Shown here: in pieces, positions 12,304-25,877 of the stretch
Layout: each line of letters begins with the position of its first letter
Numbering within the stretch: the stretch's first letter is position 1
Source: Octopus sinensis
Lineage: Eukaryota
Reading direction: 5' to 3'
Assembly (NCBI RefSeq): GCF_006345805.1
Contig: NC_043004.1
Coordinates: 14,756,001 to 14,820,000 of the forward strand
Length of the DNA: 64,000 nucleotides
Translations under genes and position numbers: made by a program
The notes under the pieces: model-generated
What the model was told of the DNA's origin: nothing
What the model saw: only the letters and a program-made list of their open reading frames with translations
The model's database searches: none

Positions 12304-13807
12304 ATGCATTTATTACCTTTAAGTTGCATATGAAATTAGTAGACCCGCTCTTAAACAATTATGACATGATGTTTAAATCTTCGAGAAATAATATTTATTT
12401 ACAGTTTCTCTTTAATAAACATCGGTAACTTTTAATCGTAATATTTTTCACACAAATTCAGAACTAGTGCAAATATATAGTTTATTTCACTTTAGTTTTC
12501 ACACATTTTTTTTCCTCATTCGATTTAATTAAATTCTTTTAACATGTCTGTCTTCGTTTTTAAGTGGAGCTTTTCGTCTTTTTCAATATCTGGTATAAGT
12601 TTCTTATTACTTTAAATCAAATTTTTATAATTCCAATTTCTCTGTGATCTAAACTCTTCTATCACCTACGTTAATATCCATAATGGAGAATATCACCTTT
12701 TATTTACAAGTTCATTGAGGAAATTCACTCTGTTACTTTATACTATCGTTTGCAGGCAAAAACGGCTTCTGCTCTTCATATTAAGTTAATACAATATCTA
12801 CCATGTGCACTCTGCTGTAAAAATATGTCATATATTTAAGCATAGTAAAATGGGATGTTGTTAATTTGTGATTATTGGAAAGGCGAATATAGGTTATTCT
12901 TACTGTAGGAATTAATGGAAAAGCATGTTAGTACACTTCTTCAATGAACAAATAAATAAGATATAAACGTGTGACCACAAAAACTTCTCTTACAGGGTAA
13001 AAGCATCATTATGGCGCACACTTAATGCACTTTACATTCTGAACAGCATGTCTAATATAACAATTTTCATTATGTAAATTGTGGCGTAATTATTATCACT
13101 AATCAAAGAGCCAACACTCAGAAAATATAAACATTACGTTCATCTGAAATTATGGTAAATAAATTCTCTTTGATATCATTTACTGTGGGAATAGAAATTT
13201 ACAGTTTCTATCTAGTTCTTGTTTCAATATTTGGCAAATGTTTACAAGGTATTCATGAGTTCTGCACCGTCTACAATAGCAGATAATCACTTCTAATATT
13301 AAGAGAAAATTATCATTAAAGCTATGATTTATGTTAAATTTACAGAATTTCTTTATGTTTGGTTCGGAGAGTATTCGTAAAATATGACGAAAAAAAAATG
13401 TGCTGCTTCTATAGGGGTTGTCGAGATTATATTTGTTAATTTCAAGTCAATTCAAGCAGATTCATAGAGGCGCTTAAACCTGCCATGATCCACAACAATG
13501 CAAGTCATTCACACACACTCTCTCTCTCTCACTCATACTTTCCCTCACACACACATACACACATGTATGTATATATATAGCCATATATATATATATGCTA
13601 TCAATTGTGCGATACAGAATTTATGTTTAGGAGATACGTCTTGAAATCGCATGAAGAGACACACCTACACTGAAGGATACACCTAAATTAGTTGTCTGGT
13701 ATCCCACTCGTGAGAGACCGATGCTAGATGGGTCGAAACAATCGTAGTGTTCATAAAGAGTCTCGTAACTGCCATCTTCTGTCTCTCACATTAGTTGCTT
13801 TTATATA

Positions 13808-13893
<86 letters not shown>

Positions 13894-16769
13894 TTGTGTG
13901 TGTGTGTCTGTGTGTGTGTGTGTGTGAGAGTGTGTGTGTGTGTGTGTGCGCGTGTAGATTTGTGAATGTATACGTATGCATGAGTGTACGTAGTGTTTTG
14001 TAGCCGATATGTTGATACAAAGTAGACTTATAACACCCCACTCTATGTAAATGTGAATTAAAGTTTGTGTATGCATGTGTACGTGGGCATGCCTGCATAA
14101 GCATCTGGATCGGAGAGTTCCTATGTGCAAGTATATGCTAATATGTCTATAAGTCATAAGTGTTTGGTTTATTTTTTAAAATGACATCAGAGATGCGAAT
14201 TTTGTTTTCAGCCTTAGGTTCTCCTAATGAAATCCATAGTTTTCGTATTACCGCCTTCGAGCTAATGTCTGCATCATTCCTTTCACGTATTGTGCCCTTT
14301 TTAATAATTGCCAATTAAATTGCTGATAATATTCGCCATAGATATTTTATCAACGAAACGTTTATATTGCTAAGACAGGGATAAATGAAAATTAACGTCC
14401 CAGAATTCCACTTTTAGTACCGGAGGTTTGTAACTCATCCGACAATAATAGCAGAACTTTCTTTAATAGTAAACAATTTATTCTACTGTGTTCATGTTTC
14501 GCCTACCCATTTTCTTCATTCTCACTATGATAGACATAATATTTCTATTACAACAAAATTCTAAAAAGTAATTTCATCAGACCTTACGTTTTTTTCTCTT
14601 CTTAAATATTTTTCGATATCATAACCGATGCGATGGTGAACCGCAGTCTTTATAAATTTTCAAGAAATACTTTTACACTGTTTCATCCATCACAGTTAAC
14701 TTTAGACAAGAATACTTAATATGTAACCGCTCAGTCATTATTAAAACTTATATGTAAAGTCGAAACTGAAATTAAATTATATTTTGTTTACAATTGTTTA
14801 TTTGTCATTCAATGAGTTGCTAATTTTTCAAAAGGATTCCACTAGGCACTAAAAAGGATTTGGTTCTTGGAACCCTTTAAAGTACTCAATTTAAATTTGT
14901 TGGTGTGATTTGGAAACTGTCGTTAAAGGACACACTAAAAGAATGTGATAACACCTGGTCACCGGTGGTTTCACGCTTAGAGCTAATAAACGACAGCTTT
15001 AGTTTTATGTTTATGGACTGCCATATTGGCATAGCGATAACTGTTAATATCCAGTACCACTGCCGTAGTATCCTTTAGAGAGACTTAGGAATAATAATAT
15101 TTCTATTTTTGAAAACCAGTGGATGTATTCCACTGAAATTAGGTAAATAATCCTTCGAACAGACGGTCAGCAGCGACGCCGGGTGGGTTTGGCTACTCTG
15201 CCTCGATAAAGGGCAAATGCCCTGAAACATGTCTGCAGGTGCCTGGCCAGCAAGGGGAAGCGGCTGACATCCCCTGTTCGAAGGTTATCATGGACACAGT
15301 TTCGTATGTCATATAGCGAGCAAGAGGCGATGGCCTCTTGGAGCTAATCAACAGCAGCTTTAGTCTTATATTTATGGAATGCCATACCCGAGCCCGGGAC
15401 AGAAGATAAAAATTAAGATATAAACTCAATTTAGGCAATCATATTCATACAGTTACAATATATATAATAAGATACTCATACAGTTATAATATATGTAATT
15501 ATATATGTATACACATTTTAAGCAGAATTTATAACTGTATGAGTGTGATAGCCCAATTTGACTTTATATCTTAATCTTCATATATATATATATATATACA
15601 TAGACATACATAGACATACACTTTCCACATTATACTTGTGTTAATATCAAGATATATGTGTGGGTAGGTACGTAATGTGCGTATACGTATAAATGGAAAT
15701 AAATGTATCCAACATATGTTGTGTGAATTGAGTCACATATATAAGACACTTTTACGGGATTTTCAAAGGCAAAGTAAAGGAAAAGGGGAATGTTATGATA
15801 ACATCTTGATTGCATAAATAGAATGTAACTCAAGATTAACAGCGTAGAGTACGAATTGGATTTCCATTGCTTAATCTTACAAAAGTGTGATTCTTATAAC
15901 TTACGAGTAGAAACGAAATACTGAAGGTATTAATTTGTTGACGATAGTAGGGAGATAAAATTAATGAGCAATGTGGAATTTTTCAAAGCCTTCTTAATCA
16001 TTCACTGATGAAGAAGTTTAATGGAATAAAAGCAGTCCCAACGGAAACGATGGCTATTTGAATAAATTTGTTACAGATTAACTGTTCTGAGAATAGTATG
16101 AACTGATATCAAGATGTGTATATGGATAGAGTGTTGCTATTATGATTCTGCCGCTGAAATTATGTACATTTATGGTGGTAATGATTTGTTTACAGTAAGA
16201 AGATGATTATGATTACATGTGTCTAGATTTCGGCTTACATACATTATATAATCTTGTAAAATGTATTGATATTATAGGTATCTGCGAAGCTAAAACTGAC
16301 ATGTTCAACATTTTGCGCTCATCATTCTTGTCATTCGTAATGTCTAGTGACAAGTAATGATTATCAATGTTTTTGAACTACACGTGTCAGTAAATATATA
16401 TTTTTCTCGGGGAGTGCTGATATGTCGGGTAGAGAAGTAGAGTGCTGTACTAATAAGAAAAAAAAGCATTAAATATCAACATATACGTGTGCGCATGTGT
16501 TTTCAGGCGTATGTTTTTGTGTCTCAATATACCATCTGTGTGTGTGTGTGTCTGTGTGTGCATATATATATATATATATATACACTCACACATATATATA
16601 TATGTATATGCACGGTCATAAACGCATATATACACACATATTTATTAAACACACATATGTCTACACATGTACATATATTATTCATTTGAGTAAGTGATCG
16701 ATATGGCAATATGTTCTTTTTCAAGTTGGTCGTTATTTGTTCTAGTGAATGCATGTATGTATATATGTA

Positions 16770-16807
<38 letters not shown>

Positions 16808-17356
16808 CATAGACGTGTGTGTGCGTCTGTGTTTGTGTATATACGTGTATATGTGTATGTATATGTAAGTATATGCATATACACGTGTGCGTTTGTATAT
16901 TTATATATACATATATAAATATATATATGAGTGCTTGTGCATACGTACATAATAGTTCTATACAAATATAACGTACAAAAACTCAAGTGAATTAAAATAT
17001 AATGAGTAATATAGGAAAAGATGAGGCAAGAATAATCATGATTAATTAAAAAAACGTAAATATGCAAACAATGACATAGAGAGGAAATATACGGAGTAAA
17101 AAAGAACAACTATTGTTCAGAATTCTGAATAAAGGAATGAAAGGAACGTAAGGTTGGAGTAAAATGGACGCATTAAATTACTTTCAATTTCGCAGAAAAT
17201 TACACAAACTTGTATCATTTTTATATACTAATATGTTTATACATGTGCGTGTGAGTTTGTGTGTCTGTGTACGTGTCGTATATGCATGCACAGACATATA
17301 TATATATATATAAACATATGTGCGTGGGCCTGTGTATGTGTGTGTTGTGTGTGTGT

Positions 17357-17404
<48 letters not shown>

Positions 17405-17417
17405 TTTTTTTTCACAA

Positions 17418-17800
17418 GTCTCAGTCCTTAGACTGTAGCTATGCTGGAGCACCGCTTTGAAGAATTTTAGGCCAATTAATCGACTCCAGTTCTTATTTTC
17501 TTTTAAAATCTTGGTACTTAGGCGATCGGATCACTTTTTCCGAACCACTAACTTAGAGACAAACACCGGATTTTAGGCGGTAGTGAGAAGCAAGCACACA
17601 CGCGCGCAGGAACACGCAGACTCACACACGCACTCACACATACACAAACACGCACACATATACAAACAATTCATTCAGTTTCCGCCTACGAAATTCGCTC
17701 ATACAAAGATTTGGTAGGCCCGAGGCTACAATATAAGACACTCGCCCAGAGTGTAATGCGGGTTGGAATAAACCCGGAGTTAAGCGGTTTGATATATACG
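17418..17800 (-). mobile_element. Degenerate SINE family D copy
   Basis: GACTGTAGCTATGCTGGAGCACCGC...AATCGACTCCAG...CGAACCACTAACTTA...TTTCCGCCTACGAAATTC...GTAGGCCCGAGGCTACAAT...GACACTCGCCCAG. Confidence 0.7.
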
Positions 17801-18357
17801 ACTTGCTCTGTGTGTTTTTCTGTAGCCTTTGGCTGACCCGAGCCTTCTACAGTAATTTGATACACAGTGACTTTCCGTCTGACCGTCGTGTATGTGTCTG
17901 TATATATATATATATTTCTGTTTCTGTTTCTGTTGAGTTCTACGTCTATTTGTGGTGTCCTGTACTTACGTATATATATATTTATATATGCATGTATATA
18001 TACATGTAGATGTAGATACGTACATATATGTTTGTATGTATTCATATATTTCATTTATTACACTATTGTCTGACAGCGCTTCGCGTCGGGTTCGTTCGAT
18101 TCGTCGCTTTGTTCCGTTTCTTATCCTCCTAGTATTGTTTTATAATATAATTATGACGCGAAATTCTCTCCCCTTGCTTTACCTTACCCTCTCTCTCTCC
18201 CTCTTACTCATCTCTCTCTCAGCTGCGTGTCTTCTTCTATCTCTCTCTCTCTCACTCCTCCTCACTTGTGTCACTGCTAACCCCTTCCTTTTTGCACGCT
18301 GCCTTCAAACCGTAAAGTCATGTTTCCATGCGCTGCCAGAAGCTCTTCCGTCCCAGC

Positions 18358-18650
18358 TAGTTATTTGACTGTGGCCATGCTGGAACGCCGTCTTTTATAG
18401 AAGAAGTCGACCCCAGGACATATTCTTTGTAAGCCTGGTACGTATCCTATCGGTCTCTTTTGGGGAACAGTTAAGTTTCGCGGACATAAACACACCAACA
18501 TCAGTTGTGAAGTGATGGTAGTCGGGGCCAACACAAAACATACACACGCACCAAATCTACTCACAAAGCTTTGATAGAAGACACTTGCCCAAGATTTCAC
18601 GCAGTACCATGTGGTTGAAAAGCAAGATTCTTCCCACACAGTTACGCCTG
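18358..18650 (-). mobile_element. Degenerate SINE family D copy; another partial copy at about 19435-19600
   Basis: TTTGACTGTGGCCATGCTGGA...GTCGACCCCAGGACATATTCTTTGTAAGCCTGGTAC...ACATAAACACACCAAC...GAAGACACTTGCCCAAG. Confidence 0.75.
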
Positions 18651-18782
18651 AGCATATATATATAAATATACGCAAATACGCAAATACGCAAACATATATG
18701 CACATACGCAAACATACAAAACATTATATGTATATTCGTATGCATATATACATGTATGTATGTACGTAAGTATCTCTCTAAA

Positions 18783-18837
<55 letters not shown>

Positions 18838-19699
18838 CTCTCTCTTTCACTACCTCCCCCTCACTCTCTATATATGTATATATAAATGCTTCGTATGTTT
18901 GCTGGTGTGTTTGTATTATAAGGGTAGTGAAAAGAATGTTTGTGTATTAAAGAGTGCCAAGTTATTCGAACATGTGAGTGTGTGGGTGGCAAGTGTGTTG
19001 CTATGGGAGAAATGGTGAGAATGAGAGAAAGGGAGAGAGAGAAAGAGAGAGAGTAGACAACTGAAAATCTGAAGTAATGATATAACACTACTTGGAATGT
19101 GAAATTATGGCGAAGGTAAAGTATGATTTAGTTGAAGTCTTGAGAGACGACGAATTTATAATATGACAGTTTGAAAATGCATCAAACACCTCCGCTTTAA
19201 TGTTGATTTCCATTAACTTTCAAATAAATTGTATGTATAAGCTTACACTATAAGAGAAGCGAGGGTACTGATGAAACGTTGTTACATTCACCGCGTCTAC
19301 GCAGACATGGCCGTCTCAGACTCACAATTATTTATGTCAGTGTATTTACATAAATACATACATATATGTTTGTGTGAGTGTGTGTGTGTGTATGTGCATA
19401 TGTGTGTGTCTGTATGTGTGTACCTTTGTTCTCTATGTTTTACTGGCTTGACTGCCTACCATGCTGGGATTTTAGTGAAACAAATCGACCCCTAAGCGGT
19501 TTTTGAAAGCCTACTTATGCAATTATTCTCTTTTGCCGAACTGCTACGTTACAGTGACGTAAACATCCCAACACTGGTTGTCAAGCGGTGTTGGGAGAAA
19601 ACACAGACACCAAGGCACACACACAGACACAAAGACTCAAAGACACGCACACGCATACACTCACGCATACACAAACGCAGACACACACACACACACACA

Positions 19700-19920
19700 C
19701 ATGTGAATCGTTGGCGATTTTCTTCCTCCGTCTTCCTTTCTATTGGACTTTACTCTGTTTCTGAGAAGAGCGTTGCCCATAACGTAAAACCACATTTCTT
19801 TCTTTCCCTGAGCGTCTGCTAAATCTTTGCACGTACCACGCCCTCGCGTTGTTGTTTTTGTGTTTGTTCTTCTTTTTTGGATTTACTTGTTTTTGTTGAC
19901 GTCCGTTTGTCTCGGGAGAC
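19700..19920 (+). mobile_element. Penelope-type terminal repeat fragment with a hammerhead-like relic
   Basis: GTTT-CTGAGAA-GAGC-GTT-GCCC-ATAAC-GTA-AAAC followed by a pyrimidine/GT-rich tail, similar in organisation to the end of the 45146-46245 element. Confidence 0.45.
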
Positions 19921-20301
19921 AATGAAGTTGCGCATAAAATAATCCAGTCTGGTTTTTACATTTCATGTCCTCTCCAGTTTTGCGTACTCCTGGGCTAGAT
20001 TTAAGAAGATCCTGGGTAGCCCAAATTGTCATGATTCCTCTCTCGACCTTCCTGAAGTAGTCCAAAGGAGTGCAGAGCATTACGTTTGGCACCAGCTTGG
20101 TTGCAGGAGCTGCCGGAAGAGTGTCGAGTCGAACACTAAACCGCCTACTGGGCTCCTCTCCAGATTTCTTTGAAGTTTGTCTCCTTTCAGTAACCCTGAC
20201 TAGGGTCACATATCGGGTACTGTCAGCCGGAACCAGCTGAGCCTGGGACTCGTGTCAGGCAGGGTCCCTCAAATAGTGAAGAAAATCGCTAGCCACTATA
20301 T

Positions 20302-20360
<59 letters not shown>

Positions 20361-20493
20361 TGCGCAATCTCGTCAGAAATGCCCGTTCTCAACTCCCTCC
20401 GCAGTCGACGCTGGAGAGATAATTCCCTGACGGTAGTGCGTTACATCCACAGCTAGCCTTTATATATATATACCCACACACATATATGTATAT

Positions 20494-20556
<63 letters not shown>

Positions 20557-21410
20557 AGTATGTGTGTGTGTTGTGGTGTGCGTGTGTACATATGTGTATA
20601 TATGTATATATATGCATACATACACACACACATATACACATAAATATATATATATACACACATATATATATATATTTAAACTGTTTTATTTAATACAAGA
20701 TCAGTGATGTTTGTCACTTCTCTATTTCTATTCTGTGAGTAGGATCGAGTAAGCTGCTGTCTCCAACCCGCGATTGCTGGTAATACTAGTGGCTAGGAAG
20801 GAGTAGTATGATTCCCTGCGCACAGTATATTTCATACGCAGATCATGTGACGATAACCAGATGGAAAATATGTTTTACTACGGTTAAACTGTAGTAAGAT
20901 GGTCCTATGCAGGAGTGCCACATTCAGTTGGCAGATAGATTTTACGTGGTACATATATATGTGTGTGTGTGCGTGGTTGACATGCGAGCTTCTCACCACA
21001 GAGCGACAACTGCGCTTTAATATATAAACCAGCGATGTCTAAATATATGAGTCTAAAAGCCACAACAAATCACAGTGTTTTTGCGGATTTAGAGTTAATT
21101 TTGACTCTTGTTTTTAGCAGTCGTGCTATTGTGCACAGTTTATTTATTAGTTCCTTTATGGTTTTTAATTGCTAGCGAGCCACTTATACTATAATGTATT
21201 TAATATATCTTAATATATCAATATATCGTTATCGTATTTTTATACTATATTAATCAGCTGAAATTGCGAGGATAATCTGATGCTTGACTGAGGAAAGAAA
21301 ACTTCGAATGACCTGTCCTTGTTTTCTTTGTATTGTCTATGTGAATGTTTTGTTGTCCCTTTTTGTATCACCTGGCTGATGGGTGTTTTTGCGTTGTTGT
21401 CCCATTTTGT

Positions 21411-21454
<44 letters not shown>

Positions 21455-21554
21455 TATATATACATGTATCTATGCATGTATATATATATTATATACATAT
21501 ACACATACGTACATACATGTATATATATTTACATATATATGGCTAATTTGAAAT

Positions 21555-21674
21555 CTTACTGCTGTTTCTGGGTCTATCCAAATGGTTGGTTAGCATGTCT
21601 GTGCATGTCCGTGCACTGGGTATTCCGTGGACATGCTAATCAACCACTTGGCTTATCACAGAAACAGATGTAAG
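21555..21674. repeat. Short imperfect inverted repeat (fold-back element)
   Basis: Arm CTTACTGCTGTTTCTGGGTCTATCCAAATGGTTGGTTAGCATGTC (21555-21599) pairs with GACATGCTAATCAACCACTTGGCTTATCACAGAAACAGATGTAAG (21630-21674). Confidence 0.7.
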
Positions 21675-21762
21675 TCTTGAAAGTACCTTACACCAATTAA
21701 ATTATACTAAATGACTTGAGATTCAGCCTTGGTTTTCATTTTCCCCCTAATATAATATAATA

Positions 21763-21819
<57 letters not shown>

Positions 21820-21918
21820 TATATATATGTATATATAAATAATAATAATTTAAGGAATATTATTTCTAACTTACAGGGAAAAATTCAATTTAGAAATACT
21901 AAGTCAAATTTTACAAAA

Positions 21919-21951
<33 letters not shown>

Positions 21952-22131
21952 GAAAAAAACGTATATTTTATCATTTCAAAAGGAACAATTAAATTACAAC
22001 ATCTAGAAAATGACATATAATAGAAATATTAAATATAAAATAACAATAATATACCGATGATTAAGTAATGTGCAAAATAATAGATAAAACGTAAATACTA
22101 AATATATACGTTTTATTTATTGAAACAACTG

Positions 22132-22210
<79 letters not shown>

Positions 22211-23588
22211 GTGTGTGTGTGTGCGTGTGTGTACGCGTGTGTGTGTGTGTGTGTGCGTGTGTGTGTGTGTGATTTTTCGTATTTTGTGCATGTGTGTGAT
22301 GTGTGTGTTTGTGTGTGAGTGTACGTGTGTGTGTATGAGTGGTCGCATTTGTGCTATGTTTTTCCCCCATGAACACTTGGCATCGACGTTATTACATATG
22401 TGAAATCTAGCGGTTCAACGACTTCCACAAATAAAATATGACCGATAAATATCCACACACTCACACACACACATACACACACACACACACACATGCATCA
22501 AGTAGCCGCTGTCTATGAAGAATCATTATGAACATTCGCTCTCCAGCTTTTGTTGGTTATTTGCTAAATTTATTTATTCTTGTGCTCTCTCCTGCATAAA
22601 AATGCCGTAATTGGTTTGATGCCTTAAAACTACTTATACATCCTTTTTATACTATGGTATATATATATATACCCCCACACACTCACTCAATCACACGCAC
22701 AAACACGCACACAAACTCGTACAGACGCTAATGTATAATAGGTGCGTGTAAATATATACTCTAGAGTATACATATATACACGGCAAATGCTATTTTATTA
22801 TATATTTCAGTATTTTCTCATTAAATTATACACGTAGTTGACAGCTTTCATTTAGTGAATATGACAATCTCAGACACTGTAGAGAATCAGATATCTATAA
22901 TCATAAATCTTGAGAAAATGCAAATATGAGATGGTAAATTTATATCTTATATCAATTGATTATTTAGTATATATTCTCTCATTCCACGATATCTGTCATG
23001 CTAAAATTATTGACAACACTCCAGATAATTACATTTCAAACATTCTTCCTGTCTGACTCTCTATATGTCTGTCTGTCACACACACACACACACACACACA
23101 CTCTCTCTCTCGGTTTTGTCTCCATGTCTGTCTTTCTGTCTCTATCTGACTCTCTCTCTTTCTCACTCTCTCACCCGATATATCTGTCAATTTATCTATC
23201 TACCCCCTATCTTAGTTTTAAGCACTATTATTATTTATGCATATGTCTATGAATAATCTTGCATAAAAACACAGGAACAGATTTACAAAAATTAATAAAT
23301 GCTTGTGGTGCAAGTTATGGATACATAGAATGCTGTGGCAATAAGAAAAACCTCTTCTAAGAGACCCTGCTACCATACATCGTAGTAATCCAATACGGAG
23401 GATTAAAATGTAGATAACTATGCAGCTAAAATCCAGTGGATTCAAACTATGAAATTATTTCACGAAGGATATATAGATCATAAATTGAAGAAGTTTGATA
23501 GGTGAATATAGTCATTTAACCAATTAATATCTTTATGATGACATTCGTTGCACAGCCTCCATCATGTAATAATAATTTCAGTGTATAT

Positions 23589-23631
<43 letters not shown>

Positions 23632-23650
23632 TATATATATAATATATATA

Positions 23651-23718
<68 letters not shown>

Positions 23719-24098
23719 GTGGAGGTGCAATAGTCCAGTGGTTAGGACAGCGAACTCGCGTTCTTAGTATCACGGTTTCGATTCCCACACCGGGCGTTGT
23801 GAGTGTTTATTGAGCAAAAATACCAAAAGCTCCGCGAGGCTCCCGCGGGGAATGGTGGCGAACCCTGCTGTCCTCTCTCACCACAACTTACTCTCACTCT
23901 TTTTTCCTGTTTCTGTTGTGCCTGTATTTGCAAGGTCTAGACTTGCCACAATCGGTGTCTCTCTGAACCTCCCTCAGAACTACGTTAAGGATGCACATGT
24001 TTTTAAAGTGCTCATCCACATGCACGTTAATTTCATGAGCAGGCTGTTCCGTTGATCGGATCAACTGGAAACCCCGTCGTTGTAACCGACGGACTGCC
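23719..24098 (+). mobile_element. tRNA-derived SINE, family B, older copy inserted in (TA)n
   Basis: Colinear with 11914-12303 over its full length with more substitutions; (TA)n on both sides. Confidence 0.9.
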
Positions 24099-24923
24099 TA
24101 TATATATATATATATATACATATATATATTCCGTCGAGATCAATTTTTTCATTTCGTCATTCAGAATCAATAAAATAAGTTCCAGCTGAAGACTGGGGCC
24201 AAGATAATCGACTTACACCCTCGCTCAAAATTGATGGCTTTGTGCCAAAATATGAAACTAATATTAACTCAGCAAATGTACTCATGGTTCTTGTGCATCC
24301 CGGACAGCTTTTACATACACATATGTAATTGTGTTTCTTTGGTTGTATGCCGTTTATATATAAGTAGTGAAATACTAGAATAGTACACTAAAAATATATA
24401 TGTGAATGTGTGCATTTTGCGTGCGCGTACGTGTGGCTTTGTAGGTGTGCGCACACGGTTTCAATTTCGTTGATGCTTCAGTCAAACTGATGAAATTGTT
24501 TTTCACTTTTGTTTTCATATTTTTCTAATTTTCTGTTGGTTTAGAATTACATGGATGCATATATCAACAAAACGAAAACAGATACATCCAAATCTTATAT
24601 TCAAATAGTGAGTCATTAAAACGTACGTTGGTTACAGCAAAATACGAGTGTGGAACTTATGTTTTGATTGGACAAAAAATAATGTTTTCTTTTTTGTTGG
24701 TGTTCTTTAAGGGAATACATTCATGGCGCCTTTGTTTTTTGTTCGTTATAATCACTTAATCGTTTGTTTATGAACAAATTGCAAATAAAAATAAATCATA
24801 CACAAATGGTCACAGAATACATTGAAAACAACACCGAGAAAATATTGAATATATAAATATATAGAAAGAAAAAGATAAACAGAAAGGTACATATGCAGAA
24901 AAGAAATATATTTAAAATAGGTG

Positions 24924-24958
<35 letters not shown>

Positions 24959-25256
24959 GAACGAGCGAGAAATAGGGAAAGAGAGAGTATAAAATATAAA
25001 TTTAAATAAACGAAGACATACAATTGCACATCTATAAAGACAAAAAAAAATTGTATATATATAAATATGAGAGAGAGAGTAAGAGAGAAAGAAAGAGAGA
25101 GCGAAATAGATAAACAAGAATCAGAGGATTATCTGAAAGAAGATATTTACAGGCAGGACCGGCAGTGACGATAGAAGCAACCATGTGAAGCAAACATAGA
25201 TCTACCTACGACAGTGGACAACCTCATAGCTTAGGCATATTTAGAACTAGACTAAC

Positions 25257-25286
25257 CTGGGCGTGCTTGTGGATCATTCGTAGATA
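25257..25286 (-). CDS. Candidate 30-nt microexon (xSTNDPQARPx), possibly of the same gene
   Basis: Upstream TACTAAATG-TGC-TCTCTTTTACTTCAG| (branch-point-like sequence, UGC, pyrimidine tract), exon TA TCT ACG AAT GAT CCA CAA GCA CGC CCA G, donor |GTTAGT. Phase 1-1, compatible with the 44747 exon. No homology or transcript evidence. Confidence 0.45.
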
Positions 25287-25427
25287 CTGAAGTAAAAGAG
25301 AGCACATTTAGTAAACGTTATTCATTTGAGGAGAATACAATAGTTTAGAATACTCTCTTGTTTGGCGTAATTTGTCTAAAGACTGTTATTAAGAGACAAT
25401 AAGGTTACATCAGCATTTAAATAACAA

Positions 25428-25471
25428 TAATAATGATAATAATAATTATAATAATAATAATAATAATAATA

Positions 25472-25562
<91 letters not shown>

Positions 25563-25687
25563 CAAATACAACAACAAAAATAATGACCAGTAAATAGCTG
25601 TCACCTTATTCCGCTAGCTGTGGAAAGCTGACATTTTCCATAATACCCAACAAAATGAGCTGTGAATTTTCATAAATCAATAATAAC

Positions 25688-25757
<70 letters not shown>

Positions 25758-25769
25758 TAATGATGATAA

Positions 25770-25813
<44 letters not shown>

Positions 25814-25815
25814 TC

Positions 25816-25876
<61 letters not shown>

Positions 25877-25877
25877 T
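25428..25877. repeat. Large interrupted (AAT)n microsatellite
   Basis: Two long (AAT)n blocks separated by about 120 bp of unique sequence (about 25560-25678). Confidence 0.95.

Noticed and set aside
15150-15410. GC-richer segment with a YLWNAIP motif reminiscent of a CR1/L2 LINE end
   Set aside because: A single short motif with stops in all frames is not enough to assign it.
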